Positions 40,245-50,206 of a DNA stretch of 64,000 nt are shown in pieces. The translations under genes were made by a program, and so were the position numbers. The stretch spans positions 2,813-66,812 of the forward strand of contig JBDHGH010000005.1 in assembly GCA_039589995.1 (NCBI GenBank), read 5' to 3'. Source of the DNA: Gemmatimonadota bacterium. Lineage in GTDB: Bacteria; Gemmatimonadota; Gemmatimonadetes; Palauibacterales; KS3-K002. A model generated the notes under the pieces. That model had not been told where the DNA came from. It did not search any database and was given only the letters and a program-made list of their open reading frames with translations. Position 1 is the first letter of the stretch. Every line of letters starts with the position of its first letter.

Positions 40245-41229
40245 AGCGGATCCGCGGGTCGACCACTGCATAGAGCAGGTCGGCTATCAGGTTGGCGACG
40301 ACGACCATCGCGGCGAAGACGAAAGTCGTCGCCATCACAACGGGGTAGTCACGTTGATAGATCGCCTCTACGATCGTGCGGCCCATCCCGGGCCAGGCGA
40401 AAACGGTCTCAACCAAAACCGCACCGCTGAACAGGAACGGAAGGTACAGACCCAATAAGGTTACGATCGGAAGCAGCGCGTTCTTGAGTGCGTGCTTCAA
40501 TATGACGGTTCGTTCCGGAAGCCCCTTGGCCCGTGCGGTTCGTATGTAATCCTGACGGATGACATCGAGCATCGAGCTTCGCATGTAGCGCGCGATGCTC
40601 GCTGCGGACGAAATCCCCAGCGCGATGGATGGCAGAACGAGATGGTGTAATCGATCGCCGAACTTCCCCCAAAACCCTAGCATCTCGTAGTTGACGCTCG
40701 TCATTCCCGACGCGGGAAATCGAAGAAGATCCGGCCACCAGTCGACTTGGTAGACCTTGTAGGCGAAGATCAGGATCAGCATCAAGCCCAACCAGAAACT
40801 CGGCATCGAATAGATGAACAGTGCACTGAAGGTGAGGGCATTGTCTAACGCTGAGTATTGACGCACAGCTTGAATGATGCCGATGGCAATTCCAATGATG
40901 AAGATGAGTAGAAGCGACACTCCACTCAGTATCAGGGTGTTTGGGATGCGGTCTGCAAGGATCGACGCGACCGGACGGTTCTGAGCGAGGCTGATTCCGA
41001 AGTCGCCGGTCAAGAAGCTCTTCATCCAGCGTACGTATTGTATGTGAAGCGGCTGATCCAATCCCCAGTTATGTCGCATCTGCTCGAGGACCTCGGGAGC
41101 GATGCTGGGGTTCATGTACAGTGCGGTAGGATCGCCCGGCGCGGCGTGCATGAAGACGAACACCAGCGTCAGTATCCCGAGTAACAGCGGGACCGCTTGC
41201 AGGAGGCGGCGAACGATGTAGGCTGTCAT
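40237..41229 (-). CDS. Peptide ABC transporter permease (OppB/DppB-like)
   Basis: Typical N-terminus MTAYIVRRLLQAVPLL. BPD permease domain. Confidence 0.85.
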   Translation of the reverse strand: MTAYIVRRLLQAVPLLLGILTLVFVFMHAAPGDPTALYMNPSIAPEVLEQMRHNWGLDQPLHIQYVRWMKSFLTGDFGISLAQNRPVASILADRIPNTLILSGVSLLLIFIIGIAIGIIQAVRQYSALDNALTFSALFIYSMPSFWLGLMLILIFAYKVYQVDWWPDLLRFPASGMTSVNYEMLGFWGKFGDRLHHLVLPSIALGISSAASIARYMRSSMLDVIRQDYIRTARAKGLPERTVILKHALKNALLPIVTLLGLYLPFLFSGAVLVETVFAWPGMGRTIVEAIYQRDYPVVMATTFVFAAMVVVANLIADLLYAVVDPRIRYE

Positions 41230-41275
41230 CGCTGTAAATAGCTACATATCAAGGCCTTAGGTGGCCGCGTCAACC

Positions 41276-42913
41276 TTAGCTGCCAGCCAACCGGCGATCG
41301 GTGGGCGCGATCCACCAGTCGTGTACACTTTGAAGCTCACCCCGAATGTCCATCTCGACTCCGTGCACCCGTGTGCTGACGCCGTTGGCGCGCACGTCGT
41401 AGTAGAGAAACGTGTAAGGCTGATCGCGCTGAATGATCTCCTGGTACTCGTACCATAGCGGCAACGACTGCGAGCGGTCGCTCATCTCGACGACTTGCCC
41501 CAGGATCTCGTCGACACGCGGGTTGCAGTAGCCCGCCCAATGAAAGGGACCCTCGGGTGTCGCGCACGAGAACAGGCGTCTGTCGTCGATGTTGAATTCT
41601 GTTTGTAAACCCAATACGAACGCATCGAAATTGCGTTGGGGACCCATTATATCTCTGCCCATGCTCTGATCTTCTTGCACTCGTGTTGTTACCTCGATGC
41701 CGACGTCCGCGAGGTTCGCCTGGACGAGTGTCATGATGTCCTCGCGCGTGGGGTTCTGATTGGTGCGTAACTCGAAGGAGGCTCGGATGCCGTGGCGCTC
41801 GCGCACGCCGTCTCCATCAGAATCGACCCAGCCGGCTTCATCCAACAGCAGTCTCGCAGCTGCCGGATCGTAGGGAAGCGGCTCGAGTTCGGCGTCGTAG
41901 GCCCAGTGGAAGGGAGGGATAGATCCGGTCGCGAGCGTTCCGAGTCCGCCTCGCACGACGTTGACGATATCCTGACGGTTGATTGCCAGGGTCAGCGCTC
42001 GTCGTTCGATCGGATCGCTGAACAACGGACGTCGCCCATTCCAGTTGATGAAGGCGTAACCGCGGTTCTCGTGAGTGACGATCTTCGCGTTATCGCTCGC
42101 CTCGATTTCAGCGATCTGGGCGGGCGGGACTATGATATAGACGTCCAACGCGCCCGTGAGCAGTTCGGTGAACTTGGTCGTCGGTTCAGGGATGAAGCGG
42201 TAGACCAGACGATCGAGATATGGCCGTCCGCCCAGCGATTCCGGGAAGTCTTCATTGGCCTCGAAGACCCAGCGGTCGCCGGACTGGTGTTCCACGAAGC
42301 GGAAGGGCCCATTCCCGACGGGATCCACGGCTCCAAACGAGTGCTGCCTCAGTTCCGCCGCGGGCACGTCGCCCAATATGTGCTCGGGCATAGGTGAGAT
42401 GGCGCGCCATGGGTCCATGAAGCCAGGGTGTCTGTTCAAAAAGAAAGTGATTGTGTGAGCGTCTGCGACGATTGCGCTGTCGTACGAGGCCAGCATGGAC
42501 GAACGAGTATAGGCGGTCGCCTCGTCCTTGATTCTGTCAAAGGTGAACTTCACGTCGTTCGCTGTGGTGGGCGTTCCGTCGTGCCAGTTCACGTCGTCGT
42601 TCAGGTGGAAGGTCAGCGCTAGACCATCCCCGGCGGCGACGGTATCCCAACTTTCGGCCAGGTAAGGCACCGGGCTAAGCGATTCATCGTAGCGTATCAG
42701 CGTCGTGAACAGAACGTAGTTCTGCAATTCCTGCGATGTCTCGTCGACGCTGGCCAGATGGTTCATCGAGTTGACTTCGTTTAGGGAGGACACCACGGCG
42801 GTTCCGCCGTAGCGCTGTGGCTCGGGGATGCCTCCCGCATCGTCACGTGGGCCGGTGTCGGTGCAACCGAAGAGGAACGCTATAACCAGACCCGTCGTCA
42901 GCATCCTGCGCAT
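41276..42913 (-). CDS. ABC transporter substrate-binding lipoprotein, family 5 (OppA/DppA-like)
   Basis: SBP_bac_5 fold. Probable lipoprotein start MRRMLTTGLVIAFLFGC. The track ORF begins at 42964. Confidence 0.8.
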   Translation of the reverse strand: MRRMLTTGLVIAFLFGCTDTGPRDDAGGIPEPQRYGGTAVVSSLNEVNSMNHLASVDETSQELQNYVLFTTLIRYDESLSPVPYLAESWDTVAAGDGLALTFHLNDDVNWHDGTPTTANDVKFTFDRIKDEATAYTRSSMLASYDSAIVADAHTITFFLNRHPGFMDPWRAISPMPEHILGDVPAAELRQHSFGAVDPVGNGPFRFVEHQSGDRWVFEANEDFPESLGGRPYLDRLVYRFIPEPTTKFTELLTGALDVYIIVPPAQIAEIEASDNAKIVTHENRGYAFINWNGRRPLFSDPIERRALTLAINRQDIVNVVRGGLGTLATGSIPPFHWAYDAELEPLPYDPAAARLLLDEAGWVDSDGDGVRERHGIRASFELRTNQNPTREDIMTLVQANLADVGIEVTTRVQEDQSMGRDIMGPQRNFDAFVLGLQTEFNIDDRRLFSCATPEGPFHWAGYCNPRVDEILGQVVEMSDRSQSLPLWYEYQEIIQRDQPYTFLYYDVRANGVSTRVHGVEMDIRGELQSVHDWWIAPTDRRLAGS

Positions 42914-42942
42914 ATCCCACTCGTCCTTTCCACCCGTCTCGC

Positions 42943-44535
42943 TCACTGCGCGGCGAGCTGCCAATCGGCGACGCTCACGAGTGTCCCGCGAGCGTCCATC
43001 CTTACCCCTTGTAGTCGATCGGAAACGCTGGCCAGTTCATCCAGCCACATTAGGAAAGTAAAAGGCTGAGCCTCCTGCAATGCCTGGGAGAACTCTGCCC
43101 AAAGTCGGCGGCCCTCCTCGGCGTCCAAAGCGCTCGTTGCCTCATCGATCAAGCGGTCGACCGTTCCATCCCTCAAGCTGCTGCGGTTGTAGCTGCCGGG
43201 ACGGCCCGCTTGCGAGGAATGAAAGAGCCCCGCAGGGTCGACGCGGAAGTTGTCGAGCACCCAACTCTGGACCACACCTTCGAAGTCGCGGCCCCGATGT
43301 CGGGAGAGCAGCGTCTGCCACTCCAGCAGCGTCACGTCAACGTGGACGCCCACTTCGGTCAGCTGAGACTGCACCACCTGCGCGACGTCGGATCGCACCG
43401 GATTCTCGTGGTTCGTCATTAGCACGAACCGAAGCGGCTGACCGTTTGCGTCCTCCCGTACGCCGTCACCATCGCGATCGCGCCAGCCCGCTTCCTCGAG
43501 GAGTCGGCCGGCGCGGTCGGGATCGTAGGGAAGAGGTTCAAGAACGGCGAACATCGGGTGCCACGGCGCGATGGTCCCTACGGCCAGCTGAGCATAACCG
43601 AACAGCAGCGCGTCGATGAGCTGTTCCCGGTCGATGGCCATAGTCAGCGCGCGCCGCACCCGCGGATCACTCAGTAGCGGGCTTTGGGTGTTCCAGCCGA
43701 TGTAGTAGTACTCGCGTGAAGGGAAATGCAGCAGCCGAACGCCGGGCGTTGCCTGGATATCCTCGGCCTGGTGAGGGTAAACCGAGCCATCTACATCGAT
43801 TCCACCGGTCAACGCCTCGGAAAGTAGGGTCGCCGACTCGCTGATGAAGCGAAAGACGACGCGCTCGAGTCTCGGCGGACCGCCGAGAGACTCGGAGAAA
43901 TCTGGATTTCGCTCCAGCCTGACGCTCTCACCCGATTCCCAGGCGACGAACTGGAACGGACCGCTGCCTATGGGCTGGCGGTTGAACTCGGCGTGTAGCA
44001 CCTCTTCTGGGGGAACGTCCGACAGGACATGCTCCGGTACCGGCGGCCACCAGAACCCGTCGAGCGGCCTGGCGTGAGGCCGGACGAAGTCGAAGCGAAT
44101 CGTGAACGAGTCGACAACCTCGGCCGACTGTACCAACGCCAGGTAGGCCGACGAGAGTATCGACGCGGTCTGCGGATCTTTGGCTCGCTGGAAGGTGAAA
44201 AGAACATCGTGCGCGGTCACGGGCTTACCGTCGTGCCAGCGAACGTCGCGGTTGAGGAAGAAGGTTACTCCCTCCGGCTCGAGGTCCCAGCTCGCTGCGA
44301 GGTACGGGCGCGGCTCGAACATCGAGTCGTATTGGATCAGCGGAGTGAACAACATGTAGTAGTTCACCTCGATGCTGTTCTGATCCGAGGCAACCAGCGG
44401 ATTGAACGACTGCATCGCCGCATTGAAGCCGACGACGGCGGTAGCGTCGAGCGCCGGCCGACTCGACGGGCCGCCGCAGGCTAAGGCGGCGGAGAGCGCG
44501 ATCATCGTTACGCCAGACCGGACCGGTGCGTTCAC
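42943..44535 (-). CDS. Second ABC substrate-binding lipoprotein, family 5
   Basis: Paralogous to the preceding SBP. Lipobox ALACGG. Confidence 0.8.
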   Translation of the reverse strand: MNAPVRSGVTMIALSAALACGGPSSRPALDATAVVGFNAAMQSFNPLVASDQNSIEVNYYMLFTPLIQYDSMFEPRPYLAASWDLEPEGVTFFLNRDVRWHDGKPVTAHDVLFTFQRAKDPQTASILSSAYLALVQSAEVVDSFTIRFDFVRPHARPLDGFWWPPVPEHVLSDVPPEEVLHAEFNRQPIGSGPFQFVAWESGESVRLERNPDFSESLGGPPRLERVVFRFISESATLLSEALTGGIDVDGSVYPHQAEDIQATPGVRLLHFPSREYYYIGWNTQSPLLSDPRVRRALTMAIDREQLIDALLFGYAQLAVGTIAPWHPMFAVLEPLPYDPDRAGRLLEEAGWRDRDGDGVREDANGQPLRFVLMTNHENPVRSDVAQVVQSQLTEVGVHVDVTLLEWQTLLSRHRGRDFEGVVQSWVLDNFRVDPAGLFHSSQAGRPGSYNRSSLRDGTVDRLIDEATSALDAEEGRRLWAEFSQALQEAQPFTFLMWLDELASVSDRLQGVRMDARGTLVSVADWQLAAQ

Positions 44536-45296
44536 AGTCGCCAGGTCCAGGCCGAATCGGAGAAGCGGCGGCTGTGCTGAAGCACCCGGGAGCTTTCCTC
44601 GTTAGTCAAGACCGAGTCGACGAGTTGGATACCTAACAGCCGCTCGAAGCCGTTGGCCAGGCCATCGACCAGCTCGGACCATGTCGGGAGATGATCGAGT
44701 AGCTCATCGAGCGCCGTGATGTGCTCTGGAATGTCCTCGCGCCTCCGCACCTTCAGTAGCTCTACCGTGGGCGCCTGGTCCCCAGTCAAGAGCAACGATC
44801 CGTGTTGTAACAGGATTCCGTTCTCGCGCAGTTGAGCACTACCCACCAGCTTGCGGTGGCCGGCGACAACGGCGCCTCCGTCCAGCTCGGTGAAGCAGGG
44901 GAGCGTGGACGGTCGGAATATGCGGCCGGGGTCGTGCGCCAGTTCGGTTCGTGCACCGAGTAGTCGCAGACCCGCATCCAGCGCTTTGTGGATCAGCTCG
45001 TATGTTCGCCTCGGGCCGCCCAGCTGCCGGTCGCCCACGGCCACCGAGTATGTGACCTCGCGGTGATGGTAGACTGCCCTGCCGCCGGTGGGTCGTCGAA
45101 CGAACTCTATTCCACGTCGCTCGGCCTCGGCCACGTCGTAATAGCCGTTCGCCGGCTGGTTGCGTCCTAGGGAGATGCAAGGTGGCCACCAGCGGTAGAA
45201 GCGAAGGACGGGAGGCCCACCGTCTCGCACCGACTCGGCCAGAGCCACGTCGATGGCCATGTTTCTGGCACCGGTCGTCGCGGGAGACTCCACCAT
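44532..45296 (-). CDS. Lipoate-protein ligase A / octanoyltransferase-like protein (BPL/LPL family)
   Basis: NMAIDVALAE and RRPTGGRAVYH motifs. Internal ATG at 45296 chosen because the track N-terminus is an unlikely extension. Adjacent to gcvPB. Confidence 0.7.
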   Translation of the reverse strand: MVESPATTGARNMAIDVALAESVRDGGPPVLRFYRWWPPCISLGRNQPANGYYDVAEAERRGIEFVRRPTGGRAVYHHREVTYSVAVGDRQLGGPRRTYELIHKALDAGLRLLGARTELAHDPGRIFRPSTLPCFTELDGGAVVAGHRKLVGSAQLRENGILLQHGSLLLTGDQAPTVELLKVRRREDIPEHITALDELLDHLPTWSELVDGLANGFERLLGIQLVDSVLTNEESSRVLQHSRRFSDSAWTWRL

Positions 45297-45647
45297 GCGC
45301 CAGGTGGTCGTGGTCGGACGGGGGCGACGCGAAAGGCGGTGTCGCTCTTCGCTTACATTCACGGGCGGCTTTGCTTCCGTCACTCTGAGTCGCTCTCCCC
45401 CTGGTGGGTGAAATGAAAGCTAAAGGAGAAAGAGCGGCATGACCAGTTGGGCAGAATTGATCGGGAAATATTCTAAGTCGCGGACGCGGGGCGCGGGCGA
45501 GGGCGCGGACGCGACGTCGACGCCGACGATGGGTGCTAGGCGCCCTCCGCAGTCCAGACTGTGGGTGGGATGATCCTTCGAGATGGGACTCGCGGCGTCA
45601 GCGATCCACTGGTTACTGATTACTGATCACAGTTGGCCCGTTAGCGA

Positions 45648-47129
45648 TTACGGCTTGTATCTCACGTCTGGATTCCGACTAGCCTTTGCCTCGTCGAGGC
45701 GCCGCACCGGCGTGGTGTACGGAGCGTTCTTGACGAATTCCGGATCGTTCGCAGCCTCCTCGGCGATCTGCAGCATGGCGTCGCAGAAGCGGTCCAGCTC
45801 TTCCTTGGTTTCGGTTTCGGTCGGTTCCGCCATGATCGCTTCCGGCACGATCAGCGGGAAGTACACGGTCGGCGAGTGCATCCCGAAGTCGAGGAGGCGC
45901 TTGGCGACATCCAGGGTGCGAACGCCGTACTCTTTCAGGAAAGAACCGGAGAAGACCGACTCGTGCATGCCGCGCCCGTAGGGAAGGTCGTAGGTGTCAG
46001 CGAGCCGCGCCGACATGTAGGCGTTGTTGAGCACGGCGGTCTTGGCCGTATCGACAAGACCGTCCGGCCCCAGCATGCGGATGTAAGTGTAGGCGCGGAC
46101 CAAGACCCCGAAATTGCCCCAGAAACCGTGGACTTTCCCGATGCTCGTAGGACGTTCCCAGTCGAGCGAGTACTTGCCGTCGTCGTCTCTCTTGAGGATT
46201 GGCAGCGGCAGATACGGTGCCAAGTGTTCCTTAACTGCCACCGGTCCCGCGCCTGGACCGCCACCACCGTGCGGCGTCGAGAACGTCTTGTGGAGATTGA
46301 AGTGGACGATGTCGTAGCCCAGATCGCCGGGTCGCGTTATGCCTACCAGTGCGTTGAGGTTGGCACCGTCCATATACATGAGGCCACCGACATCGTGAAC
46401 GAGACGCGTGATCTTCTCGATCTCTGACTCGAAGGTGCCCAGCGTGTTCGGGTTGGTGAGCATGACCCCGGCCACGTCCTCGTCGAGCGCTGCCTCGAGG
46501 GTTGCGGCGTCCATCATGCCTTCCGCGTTGGATTTCAGCGTAACGACATCGTAGCCGGCCATCGCCACCGTCGCTGGGTTCGTACCGTGCGCGCTATCCG
46601 GAATGATGATTTTCTTGCGCGGGTCGCCCATAGCCGTGTGGTGTGCCCGGAACAGCAGCGCCCCGACCAATTCGCCCTGAGCGCCCGCTGCGGGTTGCAG
46701 CGTGATGGCGTCCATGCCGGCGATCTCTTTGAGCATCTCTCCCAGTTCCCACATCAACCGGAAGGCGCCCTGGACCGCGGAGGTCGGCTGGAACGGATGC
46801 AGATCTCCCAGACCGGGCATGCGCGCCGTCACCTCGTTGACCTTCGGGTTGTACTTCATCGTGCACGACCCGAGCGGGTAGAACCCCTTATCAACGTGGT
46901 GGTTCTTCACCGAGATGGCCGTGAAATGGCGAGCGATCTCGTTCTCGGGCACCTCGGGTAGTCCAGGCGGCTCGGTTCTTAGGGCCGACTGGGGGAGAAT
47001 GTCCTCAAGCGGTTTTGTCGGGACATCCGGCTTCGGTACAGTTGTTCCTTTGCGACCGGGTCGGGAGCGCTCGAATATGAGTGTTGTGGGTCGTTGAAGT
47101 GGGTTGCTTTCGTTCATCATCAATAACAT
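45648..47129 (-). CDS. gcvPB: Glycine dehydrogenase (decarboxylating) subunit 2
   Basis: Full-length PLP-dependent GcvPB homology. Confidence 0.95.
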   Translation of the reverse strand: MLLMMNESNPLQRPTTLIFERSRPGRKGTTVPKPDVPTKPLEDILPQSALRTEPPGLPEVPENEIARHFTAISVKNHHVDKGFYPLGSCTMKYNPKVNEVTARMPGLGDLHPFQPTSAVQGAFRLMWELGEMLKEIAGMDAITLQPAAGAQGELVGALLFRAHHTAMGDPRKKIIIPDSAHGTNPATVAMAGYDVVTLKSNAEGMMDAATLEAALDEDVAGVMLTNPNTLGTFESEIEKITRLVHDVGGLMYMDGANLNALVGITRPGDLGYDIVHFNLHKTFSTPHGGGGPGAGPVAVKEHLAPYLPLPILKRDDDGKYSLDWERPTSIGKVHGFWGNFGVLVRAYTYIRMLGPDGLVDTAKTAVLNNAYMSARLADTYDLPYGRGMHESVFSGSFLKEYGVRTLDVAKRLLDFGMHSPTVYFPLIVPEAIMAEPTETETKEELDRFCDAMLQIAEEAANDPEFVKNAPYTTPVRRLDEAKASRNPDVRYKP

Positions 47130-47136
47130 TCCAATG

Positions 47137-47270
47137 TGTGATCAGTGATCAGTAACCAGTGACTCCGTGGCCCTTCACGCTGGGTTCACGCGAGCACCGG
47201 CGATAGCCATGATCCTTCGAGTTTGAGTTCGGCCTATCAGCGATCCACTGGTTACTGATCACTGATTACA
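47137..47270. repeat. Hairpin-forming repeat module in the gcvPB leader. Partial direct copy at 45572-45631.
   Basis: TGTGATCAGTGATCAGTAACCAGTG (47137-47161) is the reverse complement of CCACTGGTTACTGATCACTGATTACA (47243-47268). The 60-nt block GATCCTTCGAG...CAGCGATCCACTGGTTACTGAT recurs at 45572-45631. Confidence 0.65.
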
Positions 47271-47308
47271 GGTTGCCCATCATGCCAACTGTCAGAGCAC
47301 TAGCGCTG

Positions 47309-47998
47309 TCAAACCTCAAAGGACTGGCCCGGCTCCAAAATCACGACCTGCGCCTTACTCCCCACCTTGGCTACAAACGCAGCCGGGTCCTGTTCTATCA
47401 TCTCGAACGTGTTGTAGTGCATCGGGATCACCGTCCGGGGACCGATCATCTCGACGGCGCGGACAGCGTCATCCGGACCCATCGTGAAGTTGTCACCGAT
47501 GGGGAGAATGGCGACGTCGACCTGGCCGTCCAGAAGCTTCATGTCGGTCAAGAGCGCGGTGTCACCGGCGTGGTAAATGCCGCGGTTGTCGATGTTCATC
47601 AGGAAGCCGCCGGGTACCGTTGTGTACATACCAGATTCGTCTCCGTCCACCGCGCCACCGTGCAAGGCGGGTGTCATCTTGATGTAGCCGACGGGGAAAT
47701 TGTAGCCGCCACCTATGTGGAGCGGGTGAGCCTTCTCGATGCCTTTGACCTGCTGTGCGAACGAGACGATCTCGAACGTCGACACCACCATCGCACCAGT
47801 ACGTTGGGCGATGTCCCACGCATCGGCGATGTGGTCGCCATGGCCGTGCGTCAGGAGGATGTAGTCCACTCTCACCAGGTCGTCAGGCGCAATGTCCGCC
47901 AACGGGTTACCGGTAAGAAAAGGGTCGATCAATAGAACCGTGCCGTCGTTGGCGACAACGGTGAAGCACGAATGTCCGTGGAACGTGATCTTAGGCAT
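47309..47998 (-). CDS. UPF0173-type metal-dependent hydrolase (MBL fold)
   Basis: THGHGDH motif. N-terminus MPKITFHGHSCF. Confidence 0.8.
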   Translation of the reverse strand: MPKITFHGHSCFTVVANDGTVLLIDPFLTGNPLADIAPDDLVRVDYILLTHGHGDHIADAWDIAQRTGAMVVSTFEIVSFAQQVKGIEKAHPLHIGGGYNFPVGYIKMTPALHGGAVDGDESGMYTTVPGGFLMNIDNRGIYHAGDTALLTDMKLLDGQVDVAILPIGDNFTMGPDDAVRAVEMIGPRTVIPMHYNTFEMIEQDPAAFVAKVGSKAQVVILEPGQSFEV

Positions 47999-47999
47999 C

Positions 48000-49340
48000 T
48001 CAAGCCTCCTTCAGCACTTCGATAAGAAGCCCCACGTCTTTCTTCGAACGCTTTTCGGTGAATGCGATGAGCAGTCCGTCGTCCACATCGATGTGCGGGA
48101 ACCGGGCGAGCGAGACTCCTGGGAGTATTCCCCGCTCTTGGCCGCTCCAGATGATCTCCCGGGCGGGCCCCGGCGTCTTCAGCGGGAACTCGCGGAAAAA
48201 GTGCGAGCCCGGGAACAGCGGCTCCAGTTTCGTCTCTTCGATGATCCGATCGAAAGCGTAGTGAGCGACCTGTGTGCTGGTCTCGGCGACCTGTCTCAAG
48301 CCTTCCTTGCCGACTGTGGACAGGTAGACGGTCGCTGCCAGAGCGCAAAGGCCCTGGTTCGTGCAGATGTTGCTGGTGGCCTTCTCGCGCCGGATATGCT
48401 GCTCGCGGGTTTGCAGGGTCAGAACGAAACCGCGCCGCCCATCCACATCCTCGGAAGCACCGACGATCCGACCCGGCATGTGCCGAATGTGTTCCTGGCG
48501 GGCCGCGAACAGGCCAAGGACGGGCCCTCCGAAGCTCAGGCCGTTGCCGAACGGCTGGCCCTCCGCCACCGCGATATCGGCGCCGCACTCGCCCGGGCTC
48601 TTGAGAATCGCCAGCGACACGGGGTCGACCACGGCGACTAGCAGGGCCCCCTTATCGTGGGCCACACCCGCTGCGGCCTCGAGCTCCTCGATGAGGCCGT
48701 AGAAGTTGGGGCTCTGAACGATCACGGCGGCGGTCTGATCGTCGACCATGCTGCCCAATGCGTCCAGATCGGTAACGCCCGAGCCTGTGCGAGGGGCGAT
48801 CTCGATCGGCATGTCTAGACCGAGATTGTAGGTGTCCAGGACCTGTCGGTAATGCGGGTTCACGGTACTGGACAGAACGATCTTGTCTCGCTTCCGCTGT
48901 ATCGACTGGGCCATCAGTGCGGCCTCGGCCATGGCCGAGGCGCCGTCGTACATCGAGGCGTTGGCCACATCGAGGCCCATGAGTTCGCAGACCATGCTCT
49001 GGAACTCGTAGATCGCCTGCAACGTGCCCTGGCTGACCTCCGCCTGATACGGCGTGTAGGCGGTGTAGAACTCGCTTCGTCGGATCAGGTGGTCCACAAT
49101 GGCCGGGACGTAGTGGTCGTAATAGCCGGCGCCGGCAAAGCAGATGAGGTGCTGACTCTCGTTCGCTATTCCCTGCAGTGTTTCTACGGCCTCCCACTCC
49201 GACAAGGCCGGCGGCACGTCGAGGGGCCCTTTACGACGGAATTTCTCTGGTACGACGGCGAGTAACTCGTCTTCGGATGAGACCCCGATGGTGCGGAGCA
49301 TCTCCTGACGATCCGCTTCCGAATGAGGGATGAAACTCAT
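48000..49340 (-). CDS. gcvPA: Glycine dehydrogenase (decarboxylating) subunit 1
   Basis: Full-length GcvPA homology. Confidence 0.95.
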   Translation of the reverse strand: MSFIPHSEADRQEMLRTIGVSSEDELLAVVPEKFRRKGPLDVPPALSEWEAVETLQGIANESQHLICFAGAGYYDHYVPAIVDHLIRRSEFYTAYTPYQAEVSQGTLQAIYEFQSMVCELMGLDVANASMYDGASAMAEAALMAQSIQRKRDKIVLSSTVNPHYRQVLDTYNLGLDMPIEIAPRTGSGVTDLDALGSMVDDQTAAVIVQSPNFYGLIEELEAAAGVAHDKGALLVAVVDPVSLAILKSPGECGADIAVAEGQPFGNGLSFGGPVLGLFAARQEHIRHMPGRIVGASEDVDGRRGFVLTLQTREQHIRREKATSNICTNQGLCALAATVYLSTVGKEGLRQVAETSTQVAHYAFDRIIEETKLEPLFPGSHFFREFPLKTPGPAREIIWSGQERGILPGVSLARFPHIDVDDGLLIAFTEKRSKKDVGLLIEVLKEA

Positions 49341-49404
49341 TTTATGAGATCGCTTTCTTGAAGATTCTTCTACTTGTGGCCGAGCGGCTTCGAGGTCTTG
49401 AACT

Positions 49405-49794
49405 CTAAGTGATCAAGGCCTTGTAAGCTTCCGGGCTCAACATGTCGTCCAGCTCGGACGGGTCGTTCAGCCGGATCTTCACCATCCAGCCTTCGCCGTA
49501 CGGGTCGCGGTTCACGATGGCGGGATCATCCGCCAAGGCCTCATTGATGGCGACTACTTCGCCGCCCACCGGGATGTACAGCTCCGATACGGCCTTCACG
49601 GCCTCGATGGTTCCGAAGGCCTCCATCTTTGAGAAGCTACTGCCGACGTCGGGCAGCTCGACGAAGACGATGTCGCTCAGCTCGCCCTGTGCATAGTCGG
49701 TGATGCCGATGACGAGCTCGTCGTCGCTCGCGCGCAGGACATACTCGTGCTCCTCGGTGTAGAGCAGATTGTCCGGGACCTTTGCGTCAGCCAT
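49405..49794 (-). CDS. gcvH: Glycine cleavage system H protein (lipoyl carrier)
   Basis: Lipoyl-lysine motif EAVKAVSELY. 129 aa. Confidence 0.9.
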   Translation of the reverse strand: MADAKVPDNLLYTEEHEYVLRASDDELVIGITDYAQGELSDIVFVELPDVGSSFSKMEAFGTIEAVKAVSELYIPVGGEVVAINEALADDPAIVNRDPYGEGWMVKIRLNDPSELDDMLSPEAYKALIT

Positions 49795-49844
49795 GATTCC
49801 TCCAGCATGTAAAAAAAGGCTCGGTCGGGTTCTATAGTTGGGGG

Positions 49845-49880
49845 GTCACTATATCTGGGCGAGAATAGCGCCGTCAAGAC
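49845..49880 (-). promoter_or_regulatory. Sigma70-like promoter for the gcvH operon (TTGACG-17-TATAGT on the minus strand)
   Basis: -35 at plus 49872-49877 and -10 at plus 49848-49853, about 50 nt upstream of the gcvH ATG. Confidence 0.4.
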
Positions 49881-50072
49881 ACCCGTGGGCCCTCCCCGGA
49901 GAACCGTCCTGCGGGGTTCCACGGGCCCCGCGGGCGCTCGCCCCCGACGCAAGAAAGTCTTGATCTCGGGCGCGCTTGGCCCTAGCTTTGCGGGAAGTGG
50001 CACGCGGCCTAAACTGCTGCGCCGCAAGACTTTGGTGCCCTCGGCAATACTCTAGCGAAAGGAGGTGGTCCA

Positions 50073-50141
50073 GTGTCTGTTGAACCCTCTGGCCAACCGG
50101 CACGGGCAAGCGACTGCCTCAAGGTGGTGCAGGCTTGTTAA
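50073..50141 (+). CDS. Candidate 22-codon sORF (MSVEPSGQPARASDCLKVVQAC) with a perfect Shine-Dalgarno sequence
   Basis: AAAGGAGGTGG 6 nt upstream of the GTG. Followed about 65 nt later by an intrinsic terminator on the same strand. No homology evidence. Confidence 0.2.
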   Translation: MSVEPSGQPARASDCLKVVQAC

Positions 50142-50206
50142 TCGGCCTCTGACCGGGTTCAAACCCGGCGACGCCGCGAGGCGTTGCGCCGGTTGAGCCA
50201 GATCCA

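Noticed and set aside
50146-50190. tRNA, tmRNA or SRP RNA identity for the CCGGGTTCAAACCCGG hairpin region
   Set aside because: T-arm-like stem-loop only. No acceptor, D-arm or anticodon-arm architecture, and no SRP domain IV or tmRNA 5' and 3' consensus. Left as an unassigned candidate sRNA.
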